A DNA stretch of 49,138 nt from Negativicutes bacterium (GTDB lineage Bacteria; Bacillota; Negativicutes; JAGOZY01): the NCBI GenBank assembly GCA_017995975.1, contig JAGOHU010000001.1, forward strand, positions 1 to 49,138, given 5' to 3'. A model generated the notes under the pieces. The model was given only the letters and a program-made list of their open reading frames with translations. It searched no databases and was not told where the DNA came from. Positions 18,683-28,662 of the stretch are shown here, in pieces (positions within the stretch are counted from its first letter, which is position 1; every line of letters starts with the position of its first letter). The translations under genes and the position numbers were made by a program.

Positions 18683-19444
18683 TCAAAAGATAAGTACTGA
18701 TAAGAAATAATTACTAATAAAAATTAAGATGATCGAATGAACCACCGATTCAGTAGTCGCTACTCCTACACCTTCTGCACCGGTTTTGGCATTCATTCCA
18801 TGATAGCAACCTACTAAAGCAATAATAAAGCCAAAAAAGATTCCCTTAATCAAGCCGCCATATAAATCTTTCACTGTTGCAAAGTCTTTAATGGATTGCA
18901 TATAAACAGCACTATTAATATCTGTGTAATTGCTCGCTACAAAATAGCCACCCAAAGAGCCAATCGCATCGGAAAATCCTACCAGAATTGGCAACATAAC
19001 CATACAGGCCAGCACCCGAGGCAAGACCAGATAAGAGACTGGCGGAGTTGCCATGACTTCCAAAGCATCCAATTGTTCGGTCACCTTCATAGAGCCAATC
19101 TCCGCAGTAATTGCGGCTCCAACTCGCCCTGCGACCGTAACGCCTGTCATAATCGGAGCCAACTCTCTCGCTAGTGCAATAAAGACAGCACCACCTGCTA
19201 CGCTTTGAGCACCAAACTCAACAAATTTAGCTGCCAATTGATAAGTCATAACCATACCCATAAATACCGAAATAATTGTCACAATCAAAATCGAATCCAC
19301 CCCGAGCTTCGAAGCTTGATACAAAGTTCGATTCCAATTAAATTGCGGAAGAGCTCGAAAGGTTTGCATTGTCAGACTAGATAACGCACCCACATAGGCA
19401 ATCATAAAAATGACTCGTTCTCCAAAAGCTGCAAAAAAATTCAT
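18683..19444 (-). CDS. mlaE: Phospholipid ABC transporter permease MlaE
   Basis: 253 aa polytopic membrane protein of the MlaE/Ttg2B family, adjacent to mlaF and mlaD. Strong GGAGGGG SD. Confidence 0.88.
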   Translation of the reverse strand: MNFFAAFGERVIFMIAYVGALSSLTMQTFRALPQFNWNRTLYQASKLGVDSILIVTIISVFMGMVMTYQLAAKFVEFGAQSVAGGAVFIALARELAPIMTGVTVAGRVGAAITAEIGSMKVTEQLDALEVMATPPVSYLVLPRVLACMVMLPILVGFSDAIGSLGGYFVASNYTDINSAVYMQSIKDFATVKDLYGGLIKGIFFGFIIALVGCYHGMNAKTGAEGVGVATTESVVHSIILIFISNYFLSVLIF

Positions 19445-19478
19445 TCTGTCGCCCCTCCTCTCTCAAAATCTCATGCCT

Positions 19479-21437
19479 TTATTTCTTAGGAGCTGATGAG
19501 GCTTTTGGTTTTTTGACTTTCACTTCCACATAGCTATCTCCATAAATAATCCAAGGCTTAATTTTTCTCAACTTAAAAGAGCTCTCGTACATTTGAATAT
19601 CATCGGTACTACCCATACTTTTTTCCTCAAGCGGAGTAAGTCCAGTAGCTTGACGATTATCCTGAGCTTTGCGAAGTTTCTCTTTATCTTTCTCCGTTGG
19701 AACAAAATATCCTTCTAAAATAAGGTCTTGGCTATGATTTAATCCTAAATAAGTATTCACTAAATCTTTCAAATCCTTAGGAGCAAGCCAACGTTCCTTC
19801 TCAAGATAGACGATCTGGCTCACCACTTCCTTCGGCATCTCGTCGCCAGTCAAATAGCTCGCCCCACCTCGTACCAAAACAAACCAATTTCCTGGGGTTG
19901 CATAAGGAGGAATTGTATATTTAATTTTCTCAATCACTCGTTTCTCTCGGTAGGGTTGCATCTCTACTTCGACTTCAATCGTTTCACCCGGATAAGCCTC
20001 TTTTATCGGTGAAGCGGCTCGGATGATTTGGGCTAACTTCTTTTCCTCCGTCAAATTGATTTTCACTTCGATTTCATCTAACTCAACTTTTTCAAAAGGG
20101 TTAACATTTAATAAACCCAGCGCAAAATCCAATTCATTAATCGAAACCTCTGCAAGATTCTTGGACCCATAAAGCATTGCTGATCGAGTAACTTGCCCAT
20201 TGGGTAAATTTTTCCCTTTTAAGGTCATCTGAACAAACGCGGTCCCACCAGCTTCCCGATCCATCACTTGATCAATCCCGCTATAAATGCTAGCCGGCAC
20301 AAGAGCGGAGGTCAGTTTTTCATGCTGAACCACATCAAATTTCAATGATTTCTCTACTTTTCCCGACATATCAATCACAGTAAGCTTCACTTGAGTGGTC
20401 TTAGGAAAAAGTCGCAACTGTCCGCTAATTCCAGCTTGGCGATCCTGATCAATCATCCCTAGGGTATTGCCTAAAGTACCTAATTTAAAAGCCGAATTAA
20501 CACTCGGTATCACCCCAATGACTTCAGCACTTGTCATAAAATAAGAACTCTCGCCACCATGGATAAAAGGATGTCCAAAAGCAATCACCTTACCATCTTC
20601 CACCCAGGTAACAGTCCCTAAAGCTCCCATATTCACATCACCTTTGACGAATTGAGCTCCAATCGGACTCCCAGGTGCCAATGTTCCACTGGTGTTACTG
20701 GAACCGCTACCAGTCTCATAAGGAATGAGATTCAGAGGCTCTAATTTTTTACGTAAAAAGTCCATCGCTCTTGGAGTCATTCCACTCACCAGCAAAGGAG
20801 TCGCCAAAGGTCGAATCCCACCCTCGGGCAAACTAACTTCTGGCAATTGAGTATCTCCAGAGGAGGATTTCTTATTGTCTCCCTCAGAAGAAGGCTCAGC
20901 CTTTTCTTTCATTTGTCGAATTTCCGGAAGAGGTGCCTTAAAAATCTCTCCCCAACGGGCTTCCTCTGATTCATAGGGAGTAATCACATTTTGCCAATCA
21001 CTGATATCCACAATAGGTGATTTAGGTAAAAAACCATGAGGTAAATCCCAAAGCTTCACCATATCTTCCGCTGGGGTCAAAAGCCCCAATCGAGCATCCG
21101 AAAAGCCCCAACCATAAGCGACCGCTCCAACTAAACGTCCATCAATCATCACTGGGCTTCCACTCATCCCCTGAGCAATTCCACCAGTCTTATCAATCAA
21201 AGGTCCCGAAACTCTGACTAAAATCAAGTTTTCCACCGGCCCCTGCTTTTTCAAAACACCCAGAATTTCCACAGAAAAATCTTCGATTTTCGTGCCTTGA
21301 ACAACGGTCTTCCCTGTACCAACCATACCAGCTCGCAATTCACTCACTGGCATTACAGGTACAGCGGCTTCTGAAAAAGCACAAAAAAAGCAAAAAAACA
21401 CTAACATTCCAAAAAAAACTCTGTCTCGCGCTTGCAT
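19479..21437 (-). CDS. Secreted SpoIVB-like peptidase S55 domain protein with a long C-terminal extension
   Basis: 652 aa with a signal peptide. SpoIVB-type Ser motif GGIAQGMSGSPVMIDGRLVGAV at residues about 85-106. SpoIVB-type His motif AFGHPF at about 286-291. No PDZ domain recognised. Confidence 0.8.
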   Translation of the reverse strand: MQARDRVFFGMLVFFCFFCAFSEAAVPVMPVSELRAGMVGTGKTVVQGTKIEDFSVEILGVLKKQGPVENLILVRVSGPLIDKTGGIAQGMSGSPVMIDGRLVGAVAYGWGFSDARLGLLTPAEDMVKLWDLPHGFLPKSPIVDISDWQNVITPYESEEARWGEIFKAPLPEIRQMKEKAEPSSEGDNKKSSSGDTQLPEVSLPEGGIRPLATPLLVSGMTPRAMDFLRKKLEPLNLIPYETGSGSSNTSGTLAPGSPIGAQFVKGDVNMGALGTVTWVEDGKVIAFGHPFIHGGESSYFMTSAEVIGVIPSVNSAFKLGTLGNTLGMIDQDRQAGISGQLRLFPKTTQVKLTVIDMSGKVEKSLKFDVVQHEKLTSALVPASIYSGIDQVMDREAGGTAFVQMTLKGKNLPNGQVTRSAMLYGSKNLAEVSINELDFALGLLNVNPFEKVELDEIEVKINLTEEKKLAQIIRAASPIKEAYPGETIEVEVEMQPYREKRVIEKIKYTIPPYATPGNWFVLVRGGASYLTGDEMPKEVVSQIVYLEKERWLAPKDLKDLVNTYLGLNHSQDLILEGYFVPTEKDKEKLRKAQDNRQATGLTPLEEKSMGSTDDIQMYESSFKLRKIKPWIIYGDSYVEVKVKKPKASSAPKK

Positions 21438-21508
21438 GTATCATTCTCCAATCTTAAGTGAGGTAAAGAAACTTTTTTCATTGTTCCAGTTTACCCTAAT
21501 ACGACGAA

Positions 21509-21538
21509 AGCGGCAAAAGTGATTTTACTTTTACCGCT
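21509..21538 (-). promoter_or_regulatory. 12-bp hairpin between the lipoyl-like gene and the S55 gene
   Basis: Minus strand reads AGCGGTAAAAGT-AAAATC-ACTTTTGCCGCT (one G-U pair), followed by TTCGTCGT. The U-tract is poor, so its function as a terminator is uncertain. Confidence 0.35.
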
Positions 21539-21548
21539 TTTCAGTAAA

Positions 21549-21860
21549 TTAAGGATTTTGAGATTCAACCTTAACAACGATTTGTCCAGTCTTGACTGAT
21601 TGTCCTGGGGTCACCAGCACTTCCGTTACCACTCCAGTCACCTTTGCACGCGAAGTTGGAGCCACACCTGTCAAGGTCTCAACACTCACTAGTACTTGTC
21701 CTTCTTGTACTGTATCATTGACTTTGACAAGCCCTTGAGCAGCCACTTTGCCATTTAAAACAGCCGAGTGATCAATCACACCTGCAGCAAAAACAACCAT
21801 CGTTATAGATAAAGCAAGTATTGCAAACAAACTCGCCACTTTTATTCTAAAATTTTTCAT
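21549..21860 (-). CDS. Small secreted or membrane-anchored protein with a biotinyl/lipoyl-like (barrel-sandwich) domain, no biotinylation lysine
   Basis: Trimmed to MKNFRIKVASLFAILALSITMVVFA..., with GGAGGTGG SD. C-terminal VKVNDTVQEGQVLVSVETL...GVVTEVLVTPGQSVKTGQIVVKVE resembles a lipoyl/biotinyl hybrid-motif fold but lacks an (A/E)MKM motif. Confidence 0.65.
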   Translation of the reverse strand: MKNFRIKVASLFAILALSITMVVFAAGVIDHSAVLNGKVAAQGLVKVNDTVQEGQVLVSVETLTGVAPTSRAKVTGVVTEVLVTPGQSVKTGQIVVKVESQNP

Positions 21861-21906
21861 AATATTCCACCTCCAACCGAATATATTATACCATAAAATT
21901 ATGTTT

Positions 21907-23310
21907 TTATCGTGAACTCTTTCGAGGAATAATAATGATCGAACTTCCAACTGATCTTTCGGCTCCGTCAGAAGGTTTATTTTTGATTTTTTGATTGACT
22001 ACCATCTCGCTCGATCCACCACCATCAAGGTTCATCGCATTATAAATACCCATTTTATTCAGGAAGTCCGCCAACTCAGTCAAGCTCATCCCAACACTCT
22101 GCCAAGACCTACCATCCACTACAATCAGCCAAACCGTACCATCTTTCATCTCTCCAATCGCAGTCCGTGGTGCCCGCCCCACCGAGATATCGCTTGGAAA
22201 GGCTTCTTGTTTAGAAGTCACATTTACTTTACCATTTTCAATCAAGCGAGGGCCAGCACCAATCACGTGGGTAGCTCGATCCCATTTCGGATCGATCAAA
22301 TGCTCTACAGTGACCTTGTCGCCTGGCACCAAGTAGCTAATCATATCCTTTTCTTGACCATGAGCCGAAAGAACCCAATCGCCTTTGTTAATCAGACTAT
22401 TTTCAGATTTTCGTTCAATAATCTGTCCTTTGGAAATTCCTAGCTCTAGTCCCCATTGGTTGGTTCTTGTCTTCGTTCCTTGTCTCGAATTATAAAGTAC
22501 TGCTTGATTTTCGCCTCGAGGAATATTAATTCCACCGATCTTCATTGACCAGTCTGGAATCGTATCCACAGAAAATTTGCCACGATAGCCCAAAGTACCC
22601 ACAATATTCTTGCCTTCTTTGGTAAAGCCCCAAGCAGTTCGTTCTTGCGGGTCTCCGGTCACCCATTCTCCATTAATTTTTAAATTTCCCAAATATTGGC
22701 CAGCCCAGCTAAAGTACCCCCCATTGACACCGGCAATCGCATTATACCGTTTGGTCATACTACTGACCACTTCTAGATTGCCCATCTTATCCCAAGCCAA
22801 AATCGGAACAATGTCTCCAGCCCCTGGTTCAATTTGAACAATATGAACTCGAACCGATGAACTGCCTAAAGGGAATTTATGATATTGATACTCAATTCCT
22901 TTAGTCAATTTTTCCGACCGTTCCACTCGAGCTGGCTCATCAATATCCACTACAAAACGATTTGGATTTTTCAAAGTCATAGTGCGCCAGTTTGTCGGTT
23001 CTTTTAAAATAATCTTCAGCTCGACTCCATCAGGCTGCTTAAAAACCTCTACAGATTTTGCATAGCCTCCCAACTCCATGATTGTAGGTAAATCGACTTT
23101 CACTTCCCCTGGAATAAAGAAGGTCAGTTCTGTTTTGCTCGGGTTGGCCTCTTGAGTCACTTTGGCCATATCGCCTTCGATATCCACTACCAATCGCAGA
23201 TAATTATCATCTACCTGATATCGAACTGCCTTAATTTCTGCTGCTTCCACAGAAATCATCATCAAAAGCAAACACCCAAGCACCAATCCTAAGAGATTAC
23301 GAAATTTCAC
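21907..23310 (-). CDS. AMIN-domain plus phosphodiester glycosidase (DUF2233/NAGPA-like) envelope protein
   Basis: Trimmed to a GTG start 9 nt after AAGGAGG (VKFRNLLGLVLGCLLLMMIS...), because the longer track ORF overlaps mreB. AMIN-like segment IKAVRYQVDDNYLRLVVDI...NPNRFVVDID. DUF2233 signatures GVNGGYF and AMNLDGGGSS. Confidence 0.8.
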   Translation of the reverse strand: MKFRNLLGLVLGCLLLMMISVEAAEIKAVRYQVDDNYLRLVVDIEGDMAKVTQEANPSKTELTFFIPGEVKVDLPTIMELGGYAKSVEVFKQPDGVELKIILKEPTNWRTMTLKNPNRFVVDIDEPARVERSEKLTKGIEYQYHKFPLGSSSVRVHIVQIEPGAGDIVPILAWDKMGNLEVVSSMTKRYNAIAGVNGGYFSWAGQYLGNLKINGEWVTGDPQERTAWGFTKEGKNIVGTLGYRGKFSVDTIPDWSMKIGGINIPRGENQAVLYNSRQGTKTRTNQWGLELGISKGQIIERKSENSLINKGDWVLSAHGQEKDMISYLVPGDKVTVEHLIDPKWDRATHVIGAGPRLIENGKVNVTSKQEAFPSDISVGRAPRTAIGEMKDGTVWLIVVDGRSWQSVGMSLTELADFLNKMGIYNAMNLDGGGSSEMVVNQKIKNKPSDGAERSVGSSIIIIPRKSSR

Positions 23311-23326
23311 AGCACCAATCCTCCTT

Positions 23327-23353
23327 AAAAAAACAAGGCGGAATATCCGCCTT
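23327..23353 (-). terminator. Intrinsic terminator-like hairpin directly after mreB
   Basis: Minus strand reads AAGGCGGA-TAT-TCCGCCTT, then G and T7. The U-tract is immediately followed by the AAGGAGG SD of the AMIN/DUF2233 gene. Confidence 0.6.
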
Positions 23354-23356
23354 ATC

Positions 23357-24394
23357 TTAACGTCTACGACGCCGTAACTGCATAATGCCTTCTTGCAATA
23401 TATCCAAGCTATCGAGAGCTTTGCCCGAACCAAGAGCCACACAAGCTAACGGATCCTCTGCAATGACAACCGGGATACCTGTTTCTTCGCTAATCACCTG
23501 GTCTATTTTATGGAGAAGCGCCCCACCGCCAGTGATCACAATCCCCCGATCAATAATATCCGCCGACAATTCGGGAGGGGTAGTCTCTAGCACAAGCTTC
23601 ACAGCTCCCACAATCAGCCCAATACTCTCGGAAATCGCCTGATAAACATCACCCGAAGTCATCCGAATCACTCTCGGCAATCCACTGACCAGGTCTCGGC
23701 CCCGAATATCAAAGCTATCACTTCGTCCGTTAAGCTTTGCTGTACCAATTTGAATTTTCAATTTTTCGGCGGTTTGCTCCCCGATTAGCAAATTATGTTC
23801 TTTTTTCACATAGCGGACAATCGAATCGTCAAACCGATCGCCACCGACACGAATACTTTCGCTTTTCACGATGCCCCCTAAACTGAGTACCGCAATATCA
23901 GTCGTACCGCCACCAATATCAATGATCATATTTCCCCTTGGCTCTTGAATATCAATCCCAGCTCCGAGTGCAGCCGCCAAAGGCTCTTCGATCAAATAGA
24001 CTTTCCCGCCCCCCGCTTCGGCAGTCGCTTCCAACACAGCTCGTCTTTCAACATCCGTGACCCCAGAAGGAATACACATCATAATACGAGGTTTTTGAAA
24101 ACTATTTTTACCAATTACTTTTTTTACAAAGTACTGAATCATATTTGACGTCGCATCATAATCAGCGATAGCTCCCTCACGCAGAGGTCTTACTGCAGTG
24201 ATATTTCCGGGAGTTCTCCCTAACATATTGCGAGCTTCCACTCCCAAAGCTACGATTTTTTTACTACCGGTTTCCATAGCAATCACCGAAGGCTCGTTCA
24301 AAACAATTCCTTGGTCTTTAACATAAACTAATACATTGGTCGTACCCAAATCAATCGCCACATCTTGTTTTTTCAAGAAACTGAAAAGGCTCAT
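23357..24394 (-). CDS. mreB: Rod-shape-determining actin homolog MreB/Mbl
   Basis: Actin-fold motifs AIDLGTTNVLVY, DIGGGTTDIAVLS and VITGGGALL. Start at ATG 24394 with AAGGAG SD; the track ORF extends into murA. Confidence 0.93.
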   Translation of the reverse strand: MSLFSFLKKQDVAIDLGTTNVLVYVKDQGIVLNEPSVIAMETGSKKIVALGVEARNMLGRTPGNITAVRPLREGAIADYDATSNMIQYFVKKVIGKNSFQKPRIMMCIPSGVTDVERRAVLEATAEAGGGKVYLIEEPLAAALGAGIDIQEPRGNMIIDIGGGTTDIAVLSLGGIVKSESIRVGGDRFDDSIVRYVKKEHNLLIGEQTAEKLKIQIGTAKLNGRSDSFDIRGRDLVSGLPRVIRMTSGDVYQAISESIGLIVGAVKLVLETTPPELSADIIDRGIVITGGGALLHKIDQVISEETGIPVVIAEDPLACVALGSGKALDSLDILQEGIMQLRRRRR

Positions 24395-24407
24395 GGTTAT
24401 CTCTCCT

Positions 24408-25694
24408 TTATTCAGGCAGGTCTCCGCTTCCTGGACCACGACGAATCGTAGCCCCCAAAGAAGTCAGCTTATCAACTAGATTTTCATATCCCCGATCAAT
24501 ATGATAAATCGCCCCAATTTCCGTCTCGCCTTTTGCAGCCATTCCGGCTAAAACTAAAGCAGCACCACCTCGCAGGTCTGTGGATGTCACCTTACAACCC
24601 ATCAGTTGACTTGGCCCATCAATCACCGAGCTTCTGCCTTCGATCCGTATCGCTGCCCCCATACGCTGCAACTCATTCACATGCATAAAACGATTTTCAA
24701 AAACCGTTTCTGTTACAATCCCGCTTCCATTGGCCTGAGTCAACAGTGCCATAAATTGAGCCTGAACATCAGTTGGAAATCCCGGATAAGGAAGAGTTTT
24801 AATATCCACCGATTTAAAGTCCTTCATTTTCCGAGCATCTACTGTAATCCCATCCACATCCTCTTCCACTTCGATGCCCATTTCACGCATCTTAGCCACA
24901 ACAGGTTGCAAATGCTCTGCAATTGCATTGTCAACTCTCACAAAGCCTCGAGTCATTGCCGCAGCAATCATATAAGTAGCAGCTTCAATCCGGTCCGGAA
25001 TTACTTGATGATTTCCGCCTTTCAGTACAGCCACGCCTTCAATGCGAATCACATTGGTACCAGCTCCCTTGATCTTGGCTCCCATGGTAGTCAAGAAATT
25101 TGCCAAATCAACAATTTCAGGCTCTTCTGCCGCATTTTCAATAAGGGTAGTCCCCTTAGCTAGCGCTGCTGCCATCATCAGGTTTTCAGTAGCTCCTACA
25201 CTTGGGAAGTCTAGATAAATTTGTCCTCCCACAAGGCCCCCCTCAGGCGCTCTTGCGATCACGTGGCCTGGCCCTTGTTCGATAATCGCTCCCAAAGCCT
25301 CTAAGCCTTTTAAATGTAAATCAATCGGCCGCGAACCAATATTGCAGCCTCCAGGCAGAGAAATTTTTGCTCGCCCAGTTCGAGCAACCAAAGGTCCGAT
25401 CACCAAAAAAGCAGCTCTCATCTTGCTCACCAACTCATAAGGAGCCTCATCACCAAGCACTTCTTTGCAATCAATATGTAAAACCCCATCAGTCGGTCCT
25501 TCTACCTCAGCTCCCAAGTATTTAAGAACCTCCGAAATGGTACGCACATCTTCCAAATCTGGCACATCTTCCAAACGAGTTGGAGTCGTTCCCAAAAGAG
25601 CAGCAGCAATAATAGGTAATACCGCATTCTTAGCACCACTTACCCTTACCTTGCCTTCCAAAGCAGCTCCACCACGCACAAACAGTTTCTCCAC
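24408..25694 (-). CDS. murA: UDP-N-acetylglucosamine 1-carboxyvinyltransferase
   Basis: About 428 aa. Typical MurA N-terminus (M)[23 protein letters not shown] and active-site loop [18 protein letters not shown] start 10 nt after AAGGAGG is preferred over the track TTG at 25700. Confidence 0.93.
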   Translation of the reverse strand: MEKLFVRGGAALEGKVRVSGAKNAVLPIIAAALLGTTPTRLEDVPDLEDVRTISEVLKYLGAEVEGPTDGVLHIDCKEVLGDEAPYELVSKMRAAFLVIGPLVARTGRAKISLPGGCNIGSRPIDLHLKGLEALGAIIEQGPGHVIARAPEGGLVGGQIYLDFPSVGATENLMMAAALAKGTTLIENAAEEPEIVDLANFLTTMGAKIKGAGTNVIRIEGVAVLKGGNHQVIPDRIEAATYMIAAAMTRGFVRVDNAIAEHLQPVVAKMREMGIEVEEDVDGITVDARKMKDFKSVDIKTLPYPGFPTDVQAQFMALLTQANGSGIVTETVFENRFMHVNELQRMGAAIRIEGRSSVIDGPSQLMGCKVTSTDLRGGAALVLAGMAAKGETEIGAIYHIDRGYENLVDKLTSLGATIRRGPGSGDLPE

Positions 25695-25894
25695 TATCAA
25701 TAAGCCTCCTTAGCTTTTAACTACTTACAAATATCTCCACAGTAAAGGATATCATGAAAACGAACCGAATGGCAAGAAAAACGGCAATTTTGATAAGATC
25801 AAATCACCCTTTTGGAAAGTCTATCCAATACCTAACCTGACTCTAATAATGACTTCTAATACTCTCTACAGGTAAACCAATTTATCCATTCAGA

Positions 25895-25936
25895 TAAAAA
25901 AGCCCTTGGATCTGTACATGTACAGTACCCAAAGGC
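25895..25936 (-). terminator. Intrinsic terminator of the atp operon
   Basis: Long hairpin GCCTTTGGGTACTGTAC-AT-GTACAGATCCAAGGGC on the minus strand, then TTTTTTAT, about 20 nt after the atpC stop. Confidence 0.75.
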
Positions 25937-25957
25937 TTTTCACTTATAAAACTTGCT

Positions 25958-26368
25958 TTATTTACCACCAATTCGAAGGCGTACGAGGGCTTTTCGAAGC
26001 GCATTTTCAGCTCTTGAAAAGTCTGTATCCGATTGTCTTTCAGCCAATCGTCGCTCAGCTCTTTCCTTGGCTCTTAAAGCTCTGTCTAGATCAATTTCCG
26101 AACCTAATTCAGCAACCCTTGCTAAAATACTCACTCGGCGAGGTAGGACTTCAAGTACCCCACCAGTGATCGCCACTTTTACTTCTGATTTATCTGGTAA
26201 CTGTACTCGAATCGATGATGCTTCAGCCAAAGGAGCAATCATGGGAGTATGACGTGCTAAAATCCCCAAAGAGCCACAGACTGTCTGTACCACGATTTGA
26301 GTCCCAGCCACATCAAGTACTTTTCGATCCGGGGTTAAAATTTCAATCTGAAAAGTTTCTCCACTCAT
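25958..26368 (-). CDS. atpC: F1 ATP synthase subunit epsilon
   Basis: 136 aa. Last gene of the atp operon. Beta-sandwich plus a helical C-terminal domain. Confidence 0.92.
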   Translation of the reverse strand: MSGETFQIEILTPDRKVLDVAGTQIVVQTVCGSLGILARHTPMIAPLAEASSIRVQLPDKSEVKVAITGGVLEVLPRRVSILARVAELGSEIDLDRALRAKERAERRLAERQSDTDFSRAENALRKALVRLRIGGK

Positions 26369-26371
26369 TGG

Positions 26372-28656
<2,285 letters not shown>

Positions 28657-28662
28657 TACTCA

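Noticed and set aside
21861-21950. N-terminal extensions of track ORFs that create gene overlaps. Examples are 21861-21950, 23311-23442, 24395-24439, 3219-3287, 37104-37166 and 45796-45831.
   Set aside because: In each case an internal ATG or GTG preceded by a strong SD gives the family-typical N-terminus and removes the overlap. The extensions are treated as non-coding or as belonging to the upstream gene.
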